A stretch of 64,000 nucleotides of DNA, taken from the NCBI GenBank assembly GCA_025456145.1, contig JALOLD010000009.1:64899-128898 (forward strand), in the 5' to 3' direction. The notes beneath the pieces are model-generated. The model saw nothing but the letters and a program-made list of their open reading frames with translations, did no database searches and had not been told where the DNA came from. The stretch is from Thermoanaerobaculales bacterium. GTDB lineage: Bacteria; Acidobacteriota; Thermoanaerobaculia; Thermoanaerobaculales; Sulfomarinibacteraceae. The position numbers were made by a program, and so were the translations under genes. Shown one piece after another: positions 9,525-19,087 of the stretch (the first letter of the stretch is position 1; every line of letters begins with the position of its first letter).

Positions 9525-9887
9525 ATGCCGTTCAACTACCTGCTGACCAACCTCATGGTCGACGTTCCCGAGGCGATCGGCGTGATCTTCCTCGACGACG
9601 AGGGTGAGACGGTCGACTTCGTCACCCGTCACGGCGAGCCCTTCGACCTCAAGGTCGAAGGCGCATACCACGGCATCTTCACCCGTCGGCTCGGCTCGGC
9701 GTTCGGCACCTCCGGGATGGGCAGCCTCGAGTCGTTCATCGTCGAGGGCACCGAGCTCGCGACGTTGACGCACCTTCTGCCCGCTGGCTACTATGTGGTG
9801 CTCGTGGCGCGCAAGCCGCTCGCCCAGGCGAGGGCACGGCACCATCTGCGGCAGACCGCCACCGCGCTCGCCCGCGAGATCGAGTAG
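9525..9887 (+). CDS. Roadblock/LC7 (MglB-like) domain protein
   Basis: ATG at 9525, internal to ORF 9447..9887. 120 aa. The pattern AIGVIFLDDEGETV ... YYVVLVA is consistent with the Roadblock fold. The family call is tentative. Confidence 0.5.
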   Translation: MPFNYLLTNLMVDVPEAIGVIFLDDEGETVDFVTRHGEPFDLKVEGAYHGIFTRRLGSAFGTSGMGSLESFIVEGTELATLTHLLPAGYYVVLVARKPLAQARARHHLRQTATALAREIE

Positions 9888-9963
9888 CCTGAGGGTCCAG
9901 GTTCGCCGAACGGGCCGCCGACCGTCGCGGGCCCACGGGCTGGCCCCGGGAGTTGAAGACACC

Positions 9964-10890
9964 ATGGCTGGGACATTCCTCAAGAAGCTCAAGCGCGGTC
10001 TGTTCATGACTCACACCGAGTTCATCGAGAAGGTCGGGGAGACCTTCCAACGGACCGGACCCATCGAGCCGCAGCACGTCGACCGCCTCGAGGAGGCGTT
10101 GATCGCCGCCGACGCCGGGGTCGGGCTCGCGACACGGCTCGCCGACGACCTGCGCCGGCAGGTGCGGTCGGGGGCGATCACCAGCGCGGCCGAGCTGCGC
10201 CCGGCGATCCGTCGCACGCTCGTCGAGTTGCTCGACGGCGCCGACAGAGGCGGTCGACCGGCCGGTGGACGGCCCAGGGTGACCCTGGTCGTCGGGGTCA
10301 ACGGCACCGGCAAGACGACCACCGTCGCCAAGATCGCCAAGCGGCGCAAGGAGGCGGGCGTCACGGTAATCCTCGCCGCCGCCGACACCTTCCGCGCAGC
10401 GGCGGTCGACCAGCTCATGGTCTGGGCGAAGAGGGTCGACGTGCCGGTGATCCACCAGCGGGAGGGCGCCGACCCGGCCGCTGTCGTCTTCGACGCGATC
10501 GCCGCCGCGAGGTCCCGCGGAATCGACGAGGTCCTGGTCGACACCGCCGGACGGCTCCACACCCGGGCGAACCTGATGAAGGAGCTCGAAAAGGTGAAGG
10601 GCGTCGCCGCGCGGGAGGTGGCCGGCGCGCCCCACGAGGTCCTGCTCGTGCTCGACGCCACGACCGGCTCCAACGGCATCGCCCAGGCGCAGCAGTTCGG
10701 CGCCACCGCGGGGGTCGACGGCGTCGTTCTGACTAAGCTCGACGGCACCGCCAAGGGCGGGGTCGTGCTGGCGATCGCCGAGACCCTCAAGCTGCCGGTT
10801 CGCTGGGTCGGGGTCGGCGAGGGGATCGACGACCTGCTGCCCTTCGACCGAGAGGAGTTCGTCGACTCGCTGCTCGAGATTGAGGCTTGA
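9964..10890 (+). CDS. ftsY: Signal recognition particle receptor FtsY
   Basis: ATG at 9964 (MAGTFLKKLKRGL). SRP GTPase motifs are GVNGTGKTTT, DTAGR and TKLDGTAKGG. Confidence 0.9.
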   Translation: MAGTFLKKLKRGLFMTHTEFIEKVGETFQRTGPIEPQHVDRLEEALIAADAGVGLATRLADDLRRQVRSGAITSAAELRPAIRRTLVELLDGADRGGRPAGGRPRVTLVVGVNGTGKTTTVAKIAKRRKEAGVTVILAAADTFRAAAVDQLMVWAKRVDVPVIHQREGADPAAVVFDAIAAARSRGIDEVLVDTAGRLHTRANLMKELEKVKGVAAREVAGAPHEVLLVLDATTGSNGIAQAQQFGATAGVDGVVLTKLDGTAKGGVVLAIAETLKLPVRWVGVGEGIDDLLPFDREEFVDSLLEIEA

Positions 10891-11077
10891 CTCCGGCTCC
10901 GATACACTGGACGGACCTTCGGGTCGGGATCACGGAACCTTGGACATTTCGGACCTTGAACAGAACGGACGCAACGCGCGCAACGCCGGCGCGACCGCGG
11001 GCTCGGACCGCCCGCCGGTGCCCGATGTCGGACGGACGCTCGGTCACGCCGGCGTCACCACCGACGACGAGCGCTGG

Positions 11078-12178
11078 ATGAGCCGCGCCCTCGAGCTCGC
11101 CCGGCGGGGCCGCTGCGGCGCCTCGCCCAACCCGATGGTCGGCGCGGTGGTCCTCGACCGCCACGGCCGTCCGGCGGGCGAGGGGTACCACGCCCGGTGC
11201 GGCGGACCGCACGCCGAGATCGTCGCCCTCGCCGAGGCCGGCGAGCGCGCCCGCGGCGGCACCATCTTCGTCACGCTCGAGCCGTGCGCTCACCACGGAC
11301 GCACGCCGCCGTGCGTCGACGCCCTCGTCGCCGCCGGGATCGGTCGGGTGGTGATCGGCATCGCCGACCCCAACCCGGCCGCCGCGGGCGGCGCCGAGCG
11401 GCTCAGGGCCGAGGGCATCGAGGTCGTCGAGGGGGTCGGCTCGGAGAGCGGCCGCGTCCTCAACCGACGCTGGCTCCGCTTCATGCAGGACCGCCGGCCG
11501 TGGGTCAGCGCCAAGGCGGCGGTGTCGCTCGACGGCCGGATCGCGACCCGGACCGGCGAGTCGAAGTGGATCACCGGCGAGGCGGCGCGGACCCGCTCGC
11601 TCGAGCTTCGCGAGGAGCACGACGCGATCCTGGTCGGGGTCGGAACGGTATTGGCCGACGACCCCCGGCTGACCCGCCGGCTCGGGCTCAACCCCGGCGA
11701 CGGTTGGCTGAGGGTCGTGCTCGACTCGAGGCTGCGCACCCCGAGTACGGCGACGATCGTCGTCTCCGACCCCGGGACGACAGTGATCGCCCACACCGCC
11801 GCCGCCGCCCCCGCAGACCGAGAGCGGCTCGCCGCAACCGGGGTCGGGCTGGTCGAGCTGCCGTCCGACGACCGCGGCCGGGTGTCGGTCGGTCACCTCC
11901 TCGACCACCTCGGCGCCCGCGGCGTCGCGGCGTTGCTCGTCGAGGGCGGCGCCGCTGTCCACGGCGCCCTGTTCGACGGCGATCTGGTCGACGAGGTCTA
12001 TTTCTTCGTCGCGCCGATCGTCATCGGCGGTGAGGCGCCGGGCGCGGTGGCCGGGCTCGGGATCGCCGAGCTTGCGAGGGCGCGGCGCTACCTCTTCGAG
12101 GAGGTCGGCCGGCACGACGACGATCTCGAGCTCCACGGGGTGCGCGCGGAGGACGACGGTGTTCACCGGGCTGATTGA
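11078..12178 (+). CDS. ribD: Bifunctional riboflavin biosynthesis deaminase/reductase RibD
   Basis: MSRALELARRG..PNPMVGAVV; deaminase zinc motifs HAE and PCxxxxxxPPC (TLEPCAHHGRTPPC); C-terminal reductase domain. An alternative GTG start exists at 11018. Confidence 0.88.
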   Translation: MSRALELARRGRCGASPNPMVGAVVLDRHGRPAGEGYHARCGGPHAEIVALAEAGERARGGTIFVTLEPCAHHGRTPPCVDALVAAGIGRVVIGIADPNPAAAGGAERLRAEGIEVVEGVGSESGRVLNRRWLRFMQDRRPWVSAKAAVSLDGRIATRTGESKWITGEAARTRSLELREEHDAILVGVGTVLADDPRLTRRLGLNPGDGWLRVVLDSRLRTPSTATIVVSDPGTTVIAHTAAAAPADRERLAATGVGLVELPSDDRGRVSVGHLLDHLGARGVAALLVEGGAAVHGALFDGDLVDEVYFFVAPIVIGGEAPGAVAGLGIAELARARRYLFEEVGRHDDDLELHGVRAEDDGVHRAD

Positions 12179-12812
12179 GACCCTCGGCACGGTGCGCCGG
12201 CTCGCCCGGACCGGCGGCGGCGCCCGCCTCGAGGTCGAGGCCACCTGGCCCGACGGCGAGCCGCCGCGGCCCGGCGACAGCGTCGCGGTCAACGGCGCCT
12301 GCCTGACCGCGGTGGACCCGTCGTCGCGCTCCTTTGCCGCCGACCTGTCGCCCGAGACCCTCTCGCGGACCCTGCTCGGCGAGCTTCGCCCCTCCGCCCG
12401 GCTCAACCTCGAGCGCGCGCTGCGCCTCGGCGACCGGCTCGGCGGCCACATCGTCCAGGGCCATGTCGACGCTCCGGTTCGATTGCTCGCGGTGCGTCCC
12501 GAGGGCGAGTTCCAGCGCTGGCGCCTCGAGCTGCCCCGGAGCGCCGCCCGAGAGGTCGCCGGCAAGGGCAGTGTCGCCCTCGACGGGGTGTCGCTGACCG
12601 TCTCGGCGGTCGGCGACGGCTGGTTCGAGGTGGCGCTGATCCCGGCGACCCTCGCCGCGACGACCCTCGGCGGGCTCGCCGCCGGCGCCCGGCTCCACCT
12701 CGAGACCGACATTCTCGCCAAGTACGTCGCCCGGCGGCTCAGCGGCGGCCCGGAGGCGCCCACCGCCGGCCGGTCCTCCCTCGAGGCCCTGTTCGGAGGC
12801 GGCGGTGCGTAG
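12159..12812 (+). CDS. ribE: Riboflavin synthase (alpha chain)
   Basis: GTG at 12159 gives the canonical N-terminus VFTGLIETLG. Two lumazine-binding repeats are present (SVAVNGACLT / SVALDGVSLT). It overlaps the ribD end by 20 nt. Confidence 0.85.
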   Translation: MFTGLIETLGTVRRLARTGGGARLEVEATWPDGEPPRPGDSVAVNGACLTAVDPSSRSFAADLSPETLSRTLLGELRPSARLNLERALRLGDRLGGHIVQGHVDAPVRLLAVRPEGEFQRWRLELPRSAAREVAGKGSVALDGVSLTVSAVGDGWFEVALIPATLAATTLGGLAAGARLHLETDILAKYVARRLSGGPEAPTAGRSSLEALFGGGGA

Positions 12813-13788
12813 AATCGAGCCGGCCTACCCCGACCTCTTCCCCTTCACCCATGTCCAGCGACCGGGCTATCTGCCGGGCGCCAAGGTGAGCCTCGACCCG
12901 GTCAGGCTCGGCGTCGTCTGGGAGGACGCGCCGCGCCGCATCCTCCCCGCCGAGGCCACGATCCCCAGGGAGGCGGTCCGGGCGGTGTCCTTCGCGCGGG
13001 TCGCGTGCGAGCGCCGGGACGTCCTGCGGCTCGTGCTCGAGCGCGGCGGCTCCGTCCTTGTCGTCCTCGACGACCCCTCGATCACCCCGTCCGAGATCGG
13101 TCTCGACGGGGCCCCCGGCGATCAGCGGGTCAGCGCGCTGCTTCCGGTCCTGCCCTTCCCGCTGTCGGACGGTCTGAGGATCCCCGAGGCCTGGAAGAGC
13201 TGGCGCTGGGGCGCCGTCCTCGGGCTCTTCCCCTTCCCCGGCGCCGAGGCCGAGGTCGAGCGGCGGATCAAGCAGCTCAAGCGCGAGGGCGCCCGTTTCG
13301 CGGTCGCCGCACCCCTGCTCCTGACCCCGAAGGACCGCCATCGGATCCTCGACGGCTGCGACGGCACCGCGGTCGCCGACGAGCTCGAGAACTCGCTCTT
13401 CCACGCCGACGTCAGCCGCGGCCTGCACGCCCTCGAGCGCCGGGCCGGGGTGACCCTGCACGAGGTCGGGATGGACCCGTTCATCCCGTTCATGGTGCCC
13501 CAGGGCTACGAGCCGAACGCGGTGCGTACCGCCGCCATCCTCCGGCTCTGGGCGCGACGCATCGACCAGAGCCACGAGGAGTCGTCCTGGGGATGGAGGC
13601 TGCGCCGCGCGGCGACCGCCCTCGAGCAGCTGCCCAACGACCCGGCGGTGCTCGCGATGGAGGACAACCTGCGGATCGTTCCCGGCTTCGACCCGTGGGT
13701 CGAGAGCTTCACCCGGGCGGTGTGGTATGGCGGCGAGCCGGTCGACTCGGCATGGGCGCGGTGGACCGGCGAGAACGGCGCGTCCTGA
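12805..13788 (+). CDS. Hypothetical protein (no family recognised)
   Basis: 327-aa ORF with strong GC3 bias. The GTG start overlaps the ribE stop. It sits between the rib genes and dodecin. Confidence 0.6.
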   Translation: MRRIEPAYPDLFPFTHVQRPGYLPGAKVSLDPVRLGVVWEDAPRRILPAEATIPREAVRAVSFARVACERRDVLRLVLERGGSVLVVLDDPSITPSEIGLDGAPGDQRVSALLPVLPFPLSDGLRIPEAWKSWRWGAVLGLFPFPGAEAEVERRIKQLKREGARFAVAAPLLLTPKDRHRILDGCDGTAVADELENSLFHADVSRGLHALERRAGVTLHEVGMDPFIPFMVPQGYEPNAVRTAAILRLWARRIDQSHEESSWGWRLRRAATALEQLPNDPAVLAMEDNLRIVPGFDPWVESFTRAVWYGGEPVDSAWARWTGENGAS

Positions 13789-13906
13789 GCTGGCGCCCGG
13801 GCGGGGTCCCGCGCGACCCCGGCGCCATGAGGCGCCGGACTCGGGAAGGCGCTCACCGCGTTTTCTGTTACCACCACCGCAGCGAGCACCGATCGAGGAG
13901 GACACG

Positions 13907-14113
13907 ATGAGCGAGAAGGTCTACAAGAAGATCAAGGTCACCGGATGCTCGACCGCGAGCTACGAAAAGGCGATCGAGACGGCGGTCCACAAGGCGGCCG
14001 AGAGCCTGCGCGGGCTCTCCTGGTTCGAGGTCACCGAGCTCCGCGGCGGGATCGGCGCCGAAGGCGCCATCGAGTTCCAGGCCACCCTCGACGTCGCCTT
14101 CAAGGTCGACTGA
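13907..14113 (+). CDS. Dodecin-family flavin-binding protein
   Basis: ATG at 13907 preceded by GAGGAGGA. The 68-aa sequence MSEKVYKKIKVTG.S..S.E.A...A...A......W.EV matches the dodecin pattern. Confidence 0.85.
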   Translation: MSEKVYKKIKVTGCSTASYEKAIETAVHKAAESLRGLSWFEVTELRGGIGAEGAIEFQATLDVAFKVD

Positions 14114-14179
14114 CCGGGATCGGCCGACCGACACCTTGCGCCGCGACACCGCCTGCGGTACTATCCTGCTCCCTGATGT

Positions 14180-14255
14180 GGGGCCGTAGCTCAGCTGGGA
14201 GAGCGCAGCGTTCGCAATGCTGAAGTCGTGGGTTCGATCCCCATCGGCTCCACCA
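14180..14255 (+). tRNA. tRNA-Ala (anticodon CGC), CCA encoded
   Basis: Cloverleaf read by hand. Acceptor stem is GGGGCCG/CGGCTCC with the G3:U70 Ala identity pair. Anticodon loop is TTCGCAA. T-arm is GTGGG-TTCGATC-CCCAT. Terminal ACCA is present. Confidence 0.95.
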
Positions 14256-14275
14256 ACAACCTCGAGTTCGAAGCC

Positions 14276-14302
14276 GCCGCCCTCCGGGGCGGCTGTCTTT
14301 TT
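14276..14302 (+). terminator. Rho-independent terminator after tRNA-Ala
   Basis: Stem GCCGCCC / GGGCGGC with loop TCCG, followed by TGTCTTTTT. Confidence 0.6.
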
Positions 14303-14445
14303 CGGCGCTCGATCGACGGGGATCCGGTGACGCACCGCCGTCTCGGTCACCCTGGAGGTCCCGCTTCGCAATCCGTCCGGCCCTATCGACGGCGCCGGCG
14401 GTCGCGCTCCCCGTTCGAGCCTCGCGTCTACAATGGGCCGCGCCG

Positions 14446-15405
14446 ATGACCGTCTTCACCGCCACCGCCTCGGCGACCCTGATCGCGATCCTCAAGGTCT
14501 TTCTCGTCGGGCTGCTCGCCGGGGCGTTGGTGCGGCGTGGCGTGCTCACCGACGCCATGGTCACCGCGCTGACCGAGGCGACGATCATCTTCTTCCTCCC
14601 CTGCCTGATCCTCGACAAGACGATCAGCAACCTGTCGCCGTCGACCTTCCCGCTCTGGTGGACCCTGCCCCTGGCGAGCGCCGCCATGGCCGGCGTCGGG
14701 CTCGCGCTGGCCGCGCTGGTCTTCGCCGGCGACCTCGCCGGCAAGCGCAGCATGCTGGCGATCGCGAGCATGCAGAACGCGGGCTACCTGGTGCTGCCGG
14801 TCGGCGCCGCCCTCTACCCCGGACAGTTCGACGACTTCGCCCTCTACGTGTCGCTCTTCATCCTCGGCTTCAACCCGATCCTGTGGAGCGTCGGCAAGCT
14901 CCTCGCCACCGATGGCCGGGGGACGGGGTCGAGCTGGCGTGGGCTGATCACGCCGCCGCTGGTCGCCTGCCTGACCGCCGTCGGCCTCGTCCTCAGTGGT
15001 CTCAGCCGGTGGATCCCCCAGCCGGTGCTCGAGACCGCCGAGCTGATCGGCCAGGGGGCCGTCCCGGTCGCGACCGTCGCCCTCGGCGCCCTGCTCGGTG
15101 GGATCAGCCTCGAGCTCCGACCCCACCTCGCGGACGCGGCGCGGGTCCTGGTCGTCAAGTACGGGCTGCTGCCGGCGGTGACCGTCGCGGTGCTACACCT
15201 CGCCGATCTCGGCTCCCGCGACCCGCTGCTCGCCCGCTTCCTGGTCCTCGAGGCCGCGTCGGCGCCCGCGGTGGCGCTCATCCTCCAGGTCCGGGCCTAC
15301 GGCGGCGACGAGCCCAAGGTCGGCACGGTCATGCTCGTCAGCTACCTCTTCTGTCTGGTCAGCCTGCCGTTCTGGCTCGCGGTCTGGGAGTTGGTCGCGA
15401 GCTGA
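14446..15405 (+). CDS. AEC (auxin efflux carrier) family permease
   Basis: 319 aa with about 10 hydrophobic segments. The N-terminus (ATLIAILKVFLVGLLAGALVRRGVL) is typical of membrane-transport family PF03547. Confidence 0.85.
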   Translation: MTVFTATASATLIAILKVFLVGLLAGALVRRGVLTDAMVTALTEATIIFFLPCLILDKTISNLSPSTFPLWWTLPLASAAMAGVGLALAALVFAGDLAGKRSMLAIASMQNAGYLVLPVGAALYPGQFDDFALYVSLFILGFNPILWSVGKLLATDGRGTGSSWRGLITPPLVACLTAVGLVLSGLSRWIPQPVLETAELIGQGAVPVATVALGALLGGISLELRPHLADAARVLVVKYGLLPAVTVAVLHLADLGSRDPLLARFLVLEAASAPAVALILQVRAYGGDEPKVGTVMLVSYLFCLVSLPFWLAVWELVAS

Positions 15406-15606
15406 GCCGACGACGACCGGGAAGACCGCCCACCGACCATAAAGCGCCGTGAACCTCCAACGCCTCGGGCCCCCGGCGCGGCGGCGGTTGCCAGGCGCGG
15501 CGGGATGTCCTAAGCTCGTTGCGCTGCGCACCGATCGCCACCGACGGTGACGCCGGCGATCCGAGGGCTCACGACAGGCGGACTTGATCCAGGGGACAGG
15601 TACCGG

Positions 15607-16314
15607 ATGACCACACCCACCTATGGCCTGGTCGGCCGCGGCCGGGCCGCGACCCACCTGAGGCGCTATCTCGAGCTCGAGGGACGCCGCGTCATCGGCT
15701 GGCGCCGCGGAGACGCGGCCGGCCCCGAGGCCGCGCTGACCGCCGCCGACGTCGTCCTCCTGGCGATCAGCGACGACGCCCTGTCGCCCTTTCTGGCCGC
15801 CCATCCTCGCCTCGCCGCCCGGCCGGTCGTCCACCTTTCGGGCAGCCTGGTCGTCGACGGCGCCCACGGGCTCCACCCCCTCATGACCTTCGGCCCCGAG
15901 CCCTACGACCTCCCGACCTACCGCTCGATCCCGTTCGTCGGGGAGGTCGGCGGCGCCGCCTTCGCCGAGGTCTTCCCGGGCCTGCCCAACCCGTCGTTCG
16001 TCATCGCCCCCGAGCTCAAGCCCCTCTACCACGCGCTGTGCGTCCTCGCCGGGAACTTCAGCACGCTGCTCTGGGCGAAGGCGATGGACGGCTTCGAGAC
16101 CCGGCTCGGCCTGCCCGGCGAGGCGTTGCGGCCGTTTCTCGAGCGGACCGCCGCCAACACCCTCGAGCACCGGGCGGCGGCGCTCACCGGGTCGCTGGCC
16201 CGGGGCGACGAGGGGACCGTCCGGCGCGACCTCGCCGCCCTCGCCGGCGACCCCTACCACGAGGTCTACCTCGCTTTTGCCGACGCCCACCGGGCCGGGG
16301 AGGTGCGCTCATGA
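15607..16314 (+). CDS. Rossmann-fold DUF2520-type oxidoreductase, candidate ketopantoate reductase (PanG-like)
   Basis: ATG at 15607. It has an N-terminal dinucleotide-binding GxGxxA motif (GLVGRGRAA) and a C-terminal DUF2520-like region (PLYHALCVLAGNF). An ATGA overlap couples it to panB. Confidence 0.65.
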   Translation: MTTPTYGLVGRGRAATHLRRYLELEGRRVIGWRRGDAAGPEAALTAADVVLLAISDDALSPFLAAHPRLAARPVVHLSGSLVVDGAHGLHPLMTFGPEPYDLPTYRSIPFVGEVGGAAFAEVFPGLPNPSFVIAPELKPLYHALCVLAGNFSTLLWAKAMDGFETRLGLPGEALRPFLERTAANTLEHRAAALTGSLARGDEGTVRRDLAALAGDPYHEVYLAFADAHRAGEVRS

Positions 16315-17099
16315 TCGTCTCCGACTTCGCCGCGCGCAAACGCGACGGCGTGCCGATCTCCATGGTCACCTGCTACGACGCCTGGAGCGCGGCGCTCATC
16401 GCCCAGACCGGGATCGACTGCGTGCTGGTCGGCGACAGCCTGGCGATGGTCGTCTACGGCCACGACACGACCCTGCCCGCCGACGTCGCGACGATGGCCG
16501 CCCACACTGCGGCGGTGCGGCGCGGAGCGCCCGACGCCTTCATCATCGGCGACCTGCCCTTCCTGTCGTACCGGCGCGGTCTCGGTGAGGCGGTCGACGC
16601 CGCCGGCGATCTGATGCGGGCCGGCGCCCAGGCGGTCAAGCTCGAGGGCGCGGCGGGCAACCTCGAGACCGTCCGCCACCTCGTCGAGTCGGGGGTGCCG
16701 GTCATCGGCCACCTCGGTCTGACGCCCCAGTCGGTCCACCGGCTCGGCGGCTTCCGGGTGCAGGCGCGGGACGACGCGGCGGCGGCGCGGCTGCTCGACG
16801 ACGCCCGCGATCTCGAGCGCGCGGGCTGCTTCGCCCTGGTCCTCGAGGCGGTCCCCTCCGCGGTCGCCGCCCAGGTCACCGCGGCCCTCGCCATCCCGAC
16901 CATCGGGATCGGCGCGGGCAGCCGGGTCGACGGCCAGGTTCTGGTGCTCCAGGACCTGCTCGGGGTCACGACCGCCTTCCGCCCGCGCTTTGTCCGGACC
17001 TGGCTCGACGGTGCGACGCTGATCCGCGAAGCCCTCGACGCCTACCACCGGGACGTCGTCGCCGGGACCTTTCCGGACGACCGGGAGAGCTACTCATGA
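16311..17099 (+). CDS. panB: 3-methyl-2-oxobutanoate hydroxymethyltransferase
   Basis: ATG at 16311. MVTCYDAWSA, VLVGDSLAMVVYGH, KLEG and IGHLGLTPQS are characteristic PanB motifs. Confidence 0.92.
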   Translation: MIVSDFAARKRDGVPISMVTCYDAWSAALIAQTGIDCVLVGDSLAMVVYGHDTTLPADVATMAAHTAAVRRGAPDAFIIGDLPFLSYRRGLGEAVDAAGDLMRAGAQAVKLEGAAGNLETVRHLVESGVPVIGHLGLTPQSVHRLGGFRVQARDDAAAARLLDDARDLERAGCFALVLEAVPSAVAAQVTAALAIPTIGIGAGSRVDGQVLVLQDLLGVTTAFRPRFVRTWLDGATLIREALDAYHRDVVAGTFPDDRESYS

Positions 17100-17860
17100 T
17101 CGAGCTCGTCGAGGACCTCGATCGGGCCCGCGGGCGGATGGCGGAGCTGCGCCGGGCCGGGCTCTCGATCGGCTTCGTCCCGACCATGGGGGCGCTCCAT
17201 GACGGCCACCTCAGCCTCATCCGCCGGGCGCGGGCGGAGTGCGACCGGGCGGTGGTCTCGATCTTCGTCAACCCGACCCAGTACGACGACCCGGCCGATC
17301 TCGAGCGCTACCCTCGGACCCTCGCCGCCGATCTCGAGAAGGCCGAGGCCGCCGGCGCCGATCTCGTCATCCACCCCGACGCCGGCGCGCTCTACCGCGA
17401 CGGCTACCGCTACCGGGTCCACGAGACCGAGGCGAGCCGCGAGCTCGAGGGGGCCCACCGCGCCGGCCACTTCGACGGCGTGCTCACCGTGGTGCTCAAG
17501 CTGCTCAACATCGTCGGCGCCGACCGCGCCTACTTCGGCGAGAAGGACTGGCAGCAGCTCGAGCTGGTCCGCGGCATGGCGGCCGCCTTCTTCCTGGGTA
17601 CTCAGATCGTCGCCTGCCCGACCGTGCGCGAGCCCGACGGCCTGGCGATGAGCTCGCGGAACATCCATCTGACCCCGGCCGAGCGGGCCCTCGCGCCGGA
17701 GCTTTACCGCATCCTGGCGAGCGGCGCCGAGCCCGCCGAGATCGCCCGCCGGCTCGCCACGGCCGGCTTCGGGGTCGACTATGTCGAGCGGCGCGGCGCC
17801 CGGCTGCTCGCCGCGGTCCGGCTCGGAAAGGTGAGGTTGATCGACAATGTCGAAGCTTGA
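17096..17860 (+). CDS. panC: Pantoate--beta-alanine ligase
   Basis: 4-nt overlap with panB. Motifs are GFVPTMGALHDGHLSL, IFVNPTQY and FGEKDWQQ. Confidence 0.92.
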   Translation: MIELVEDLDRARGRMAELRRAGLSIGFVPTMGALHDGHLSLIRRARAECDRAVVSIFVNPTQYDDPADLERYPRTLAADLEKAEAAGADLVIHPDAGALYRDGYRYRVHETEASRELEGAHRAGHFDGVLTVVLKLLNIVGADRAYFGEKDWQQLELVRGMAAAFFLGTQIVACPTVREPDGLAMSSRNIHLTPAERALAPELYRILASGAEPAEIARRLATAGFGVDYVERRGARLLAAVRLGKVRLIDNVEA

Positions 17861-18395
17861 GGGACGCTCCATCGTGCTCCAGGTGACCGGCTCGATCGCG
17901 GCCTTCAAGGCCGCGGCGCTGGCCTCGCTGCTCGTCGATGCCGGCGCCGGGGTCCAGGTCGTGGTCAGCGACGGCGCCCGCCGCTTCATCGGCGACGCCA
18001 CCTTCGAGGGGCTGACCGGACGGCCGGTGCTCTCCGATCTCTTCGAGCGCGGCCGCGCCCATGACCACATCCGGCTCGCCGAGACCGCCGACCTGCTGCT
18101 GCTCTACCCGGCCACCGCCAACCACGTCGCCCGGCTGCGCGCCGGCGCCGCCGACGACCTCATCGGCTGCCTCTTCCTGGCCAACAACTTCCGCAGGCCC
18201 TACTGGATCGCGCCGGCGATGAACTCCAACATGCTCGCCCACCCGGCGGTGGCCGAGGCGCTCACCGTCCTCGAGGGCTGGGGCTGCCGGATCCTGCCGA
18301 CCGGCGAGGGCCGGCTCGCCTGCGGGGCGGTCGGCTACGGCCGGTTGCTCGAGCCCGAGCGGGTCCTCGAGCTGATCGTCGAGGCGCTGGCATGA
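17847..18395 (+). CDS. coaC: Phosphopantothenoylcysteine decarboxylase (flavoprotein domain only)
   Basis: 182 aa. GSIAAFKAA and PAMNSNM motifs match the CoaC half of Dfp. It is a separate ORF from the CoaB half. Confidence 0.8.
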   Translation: MSKLEGRSIVLQVTGSIAAFKAAALASLLVDAGAGVQVVVSDGARRFIGDATFEGLTGRPVLSDLFERGRAHDHIRLAETADLLLLYPATANHVARLRAGAADDLIGCLFLANNFRRPYWIAPAMNSNMLAHPAVAEALTVLEGWGCRILPTGEGRLACGAVGYGRLLEPERVLELIVEALA

Positions 18396-19084
18396 GGGTC
18401 CTGATCACCGCCGGCGGCACCGCCGAGCCGGTCGACGGCGTGCGCTGCCTGACCAATGTCTCGACCGGGACCACCGGCGGCGTGCTGGCGCGGCGTTTCG
18501 CCGAGCGCGGCGCCGAGGTCGTGCTGCTCCATGCCGAGCGGGCGCGGATCGACGCCCTCGGGGTCGAGCGGGAGACCTTCGGGACCTTCGACGAGCTCGC
18601 CGAGGCGCTCGAGCGACGGCTCTCGGGCAGCGACTTCGACGCGGTGATCCACCTCGCCGCGGTGTCGGACTACCGGGTCGCCGCGGTCGAGGTCGACGGC
18701 CGGCCGGCGCCCCGCCCGGGTGAGGGCAAGATCCCGAGTGGTCGCGACGTGGTGATCCGCCTCGCCCCGACCCCCAAGCTGGTCGACCGGATCAGGGGCT
18801 GGTCGCGCAACCCAGCGGTTCGGGTGGTCGCCTTCAAGCTGACCGACGACGAGGACCCCGCGGCCCGCGAAACCCAGGTCCGGGCGCTCCTCGCCCGCGG
18901 CGTCGCCGACCTCGTCGTCCACAACGACCTCCGAGACATCGGGGTCGACACTCACCGCTGCGAGATCTGGCGGATCGACAGACCGATCCGGAGCACCGAC
19001 ACCAGGTCGGAGCTCGCCGACGCGCTCTTCGAGCTGCTCGGCGGCCCGCCCGACGCCCGACCCGATCCCCGTCATCGGAGCTGA
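18392..19084 (+). CDS. coaB: Phosphopantothenate--cysteine ligase (CoaB domain only)
   Basis: 4-nt overlap with coaC. ITAGGTAEPVDGVRCLTNVSTG and AAVSDY are characteristic of the CoaB domain. Confidence 0.8.
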   Translation: MRVLITAGGTAEPVDGVRCLTNVSTGTTGGVLARRFAERGAEVVLLHAERARIDALGVERETFGTFDELAEALERRLSGSDFDAVIHLAAVSDYRVAAVEVDGRPAPRPGEGKIPSGRDVVIRLAPTPKLVDRIRGWSRNPAVRVVAFKLTDDEDPAARETQVRALLARGVADLVVHNDLRDIGVDTHRCEIWRIDRPIRSTDTRSELADALFELLGGPPDARPDPRHRS

Positions 19085-19087
19085 CCC

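Noticed and set aside
10891-11077. Expected FMN riboswitch upstream of ribD
   Set aside because: The conserved RFN core sequences could not be found by eye. Only a short CUUCGGG resemblance is present. It should still be confirmed with a covariance-model scan.
14180-14445. tRNA-Ala as an integration hotspot for a genomic island
   Set aside because: No integrase is present and I noticed no repeat of the tRNA 3' end downstream. The flanking genes (AEC permease, pantothenate genes) look like core genome.
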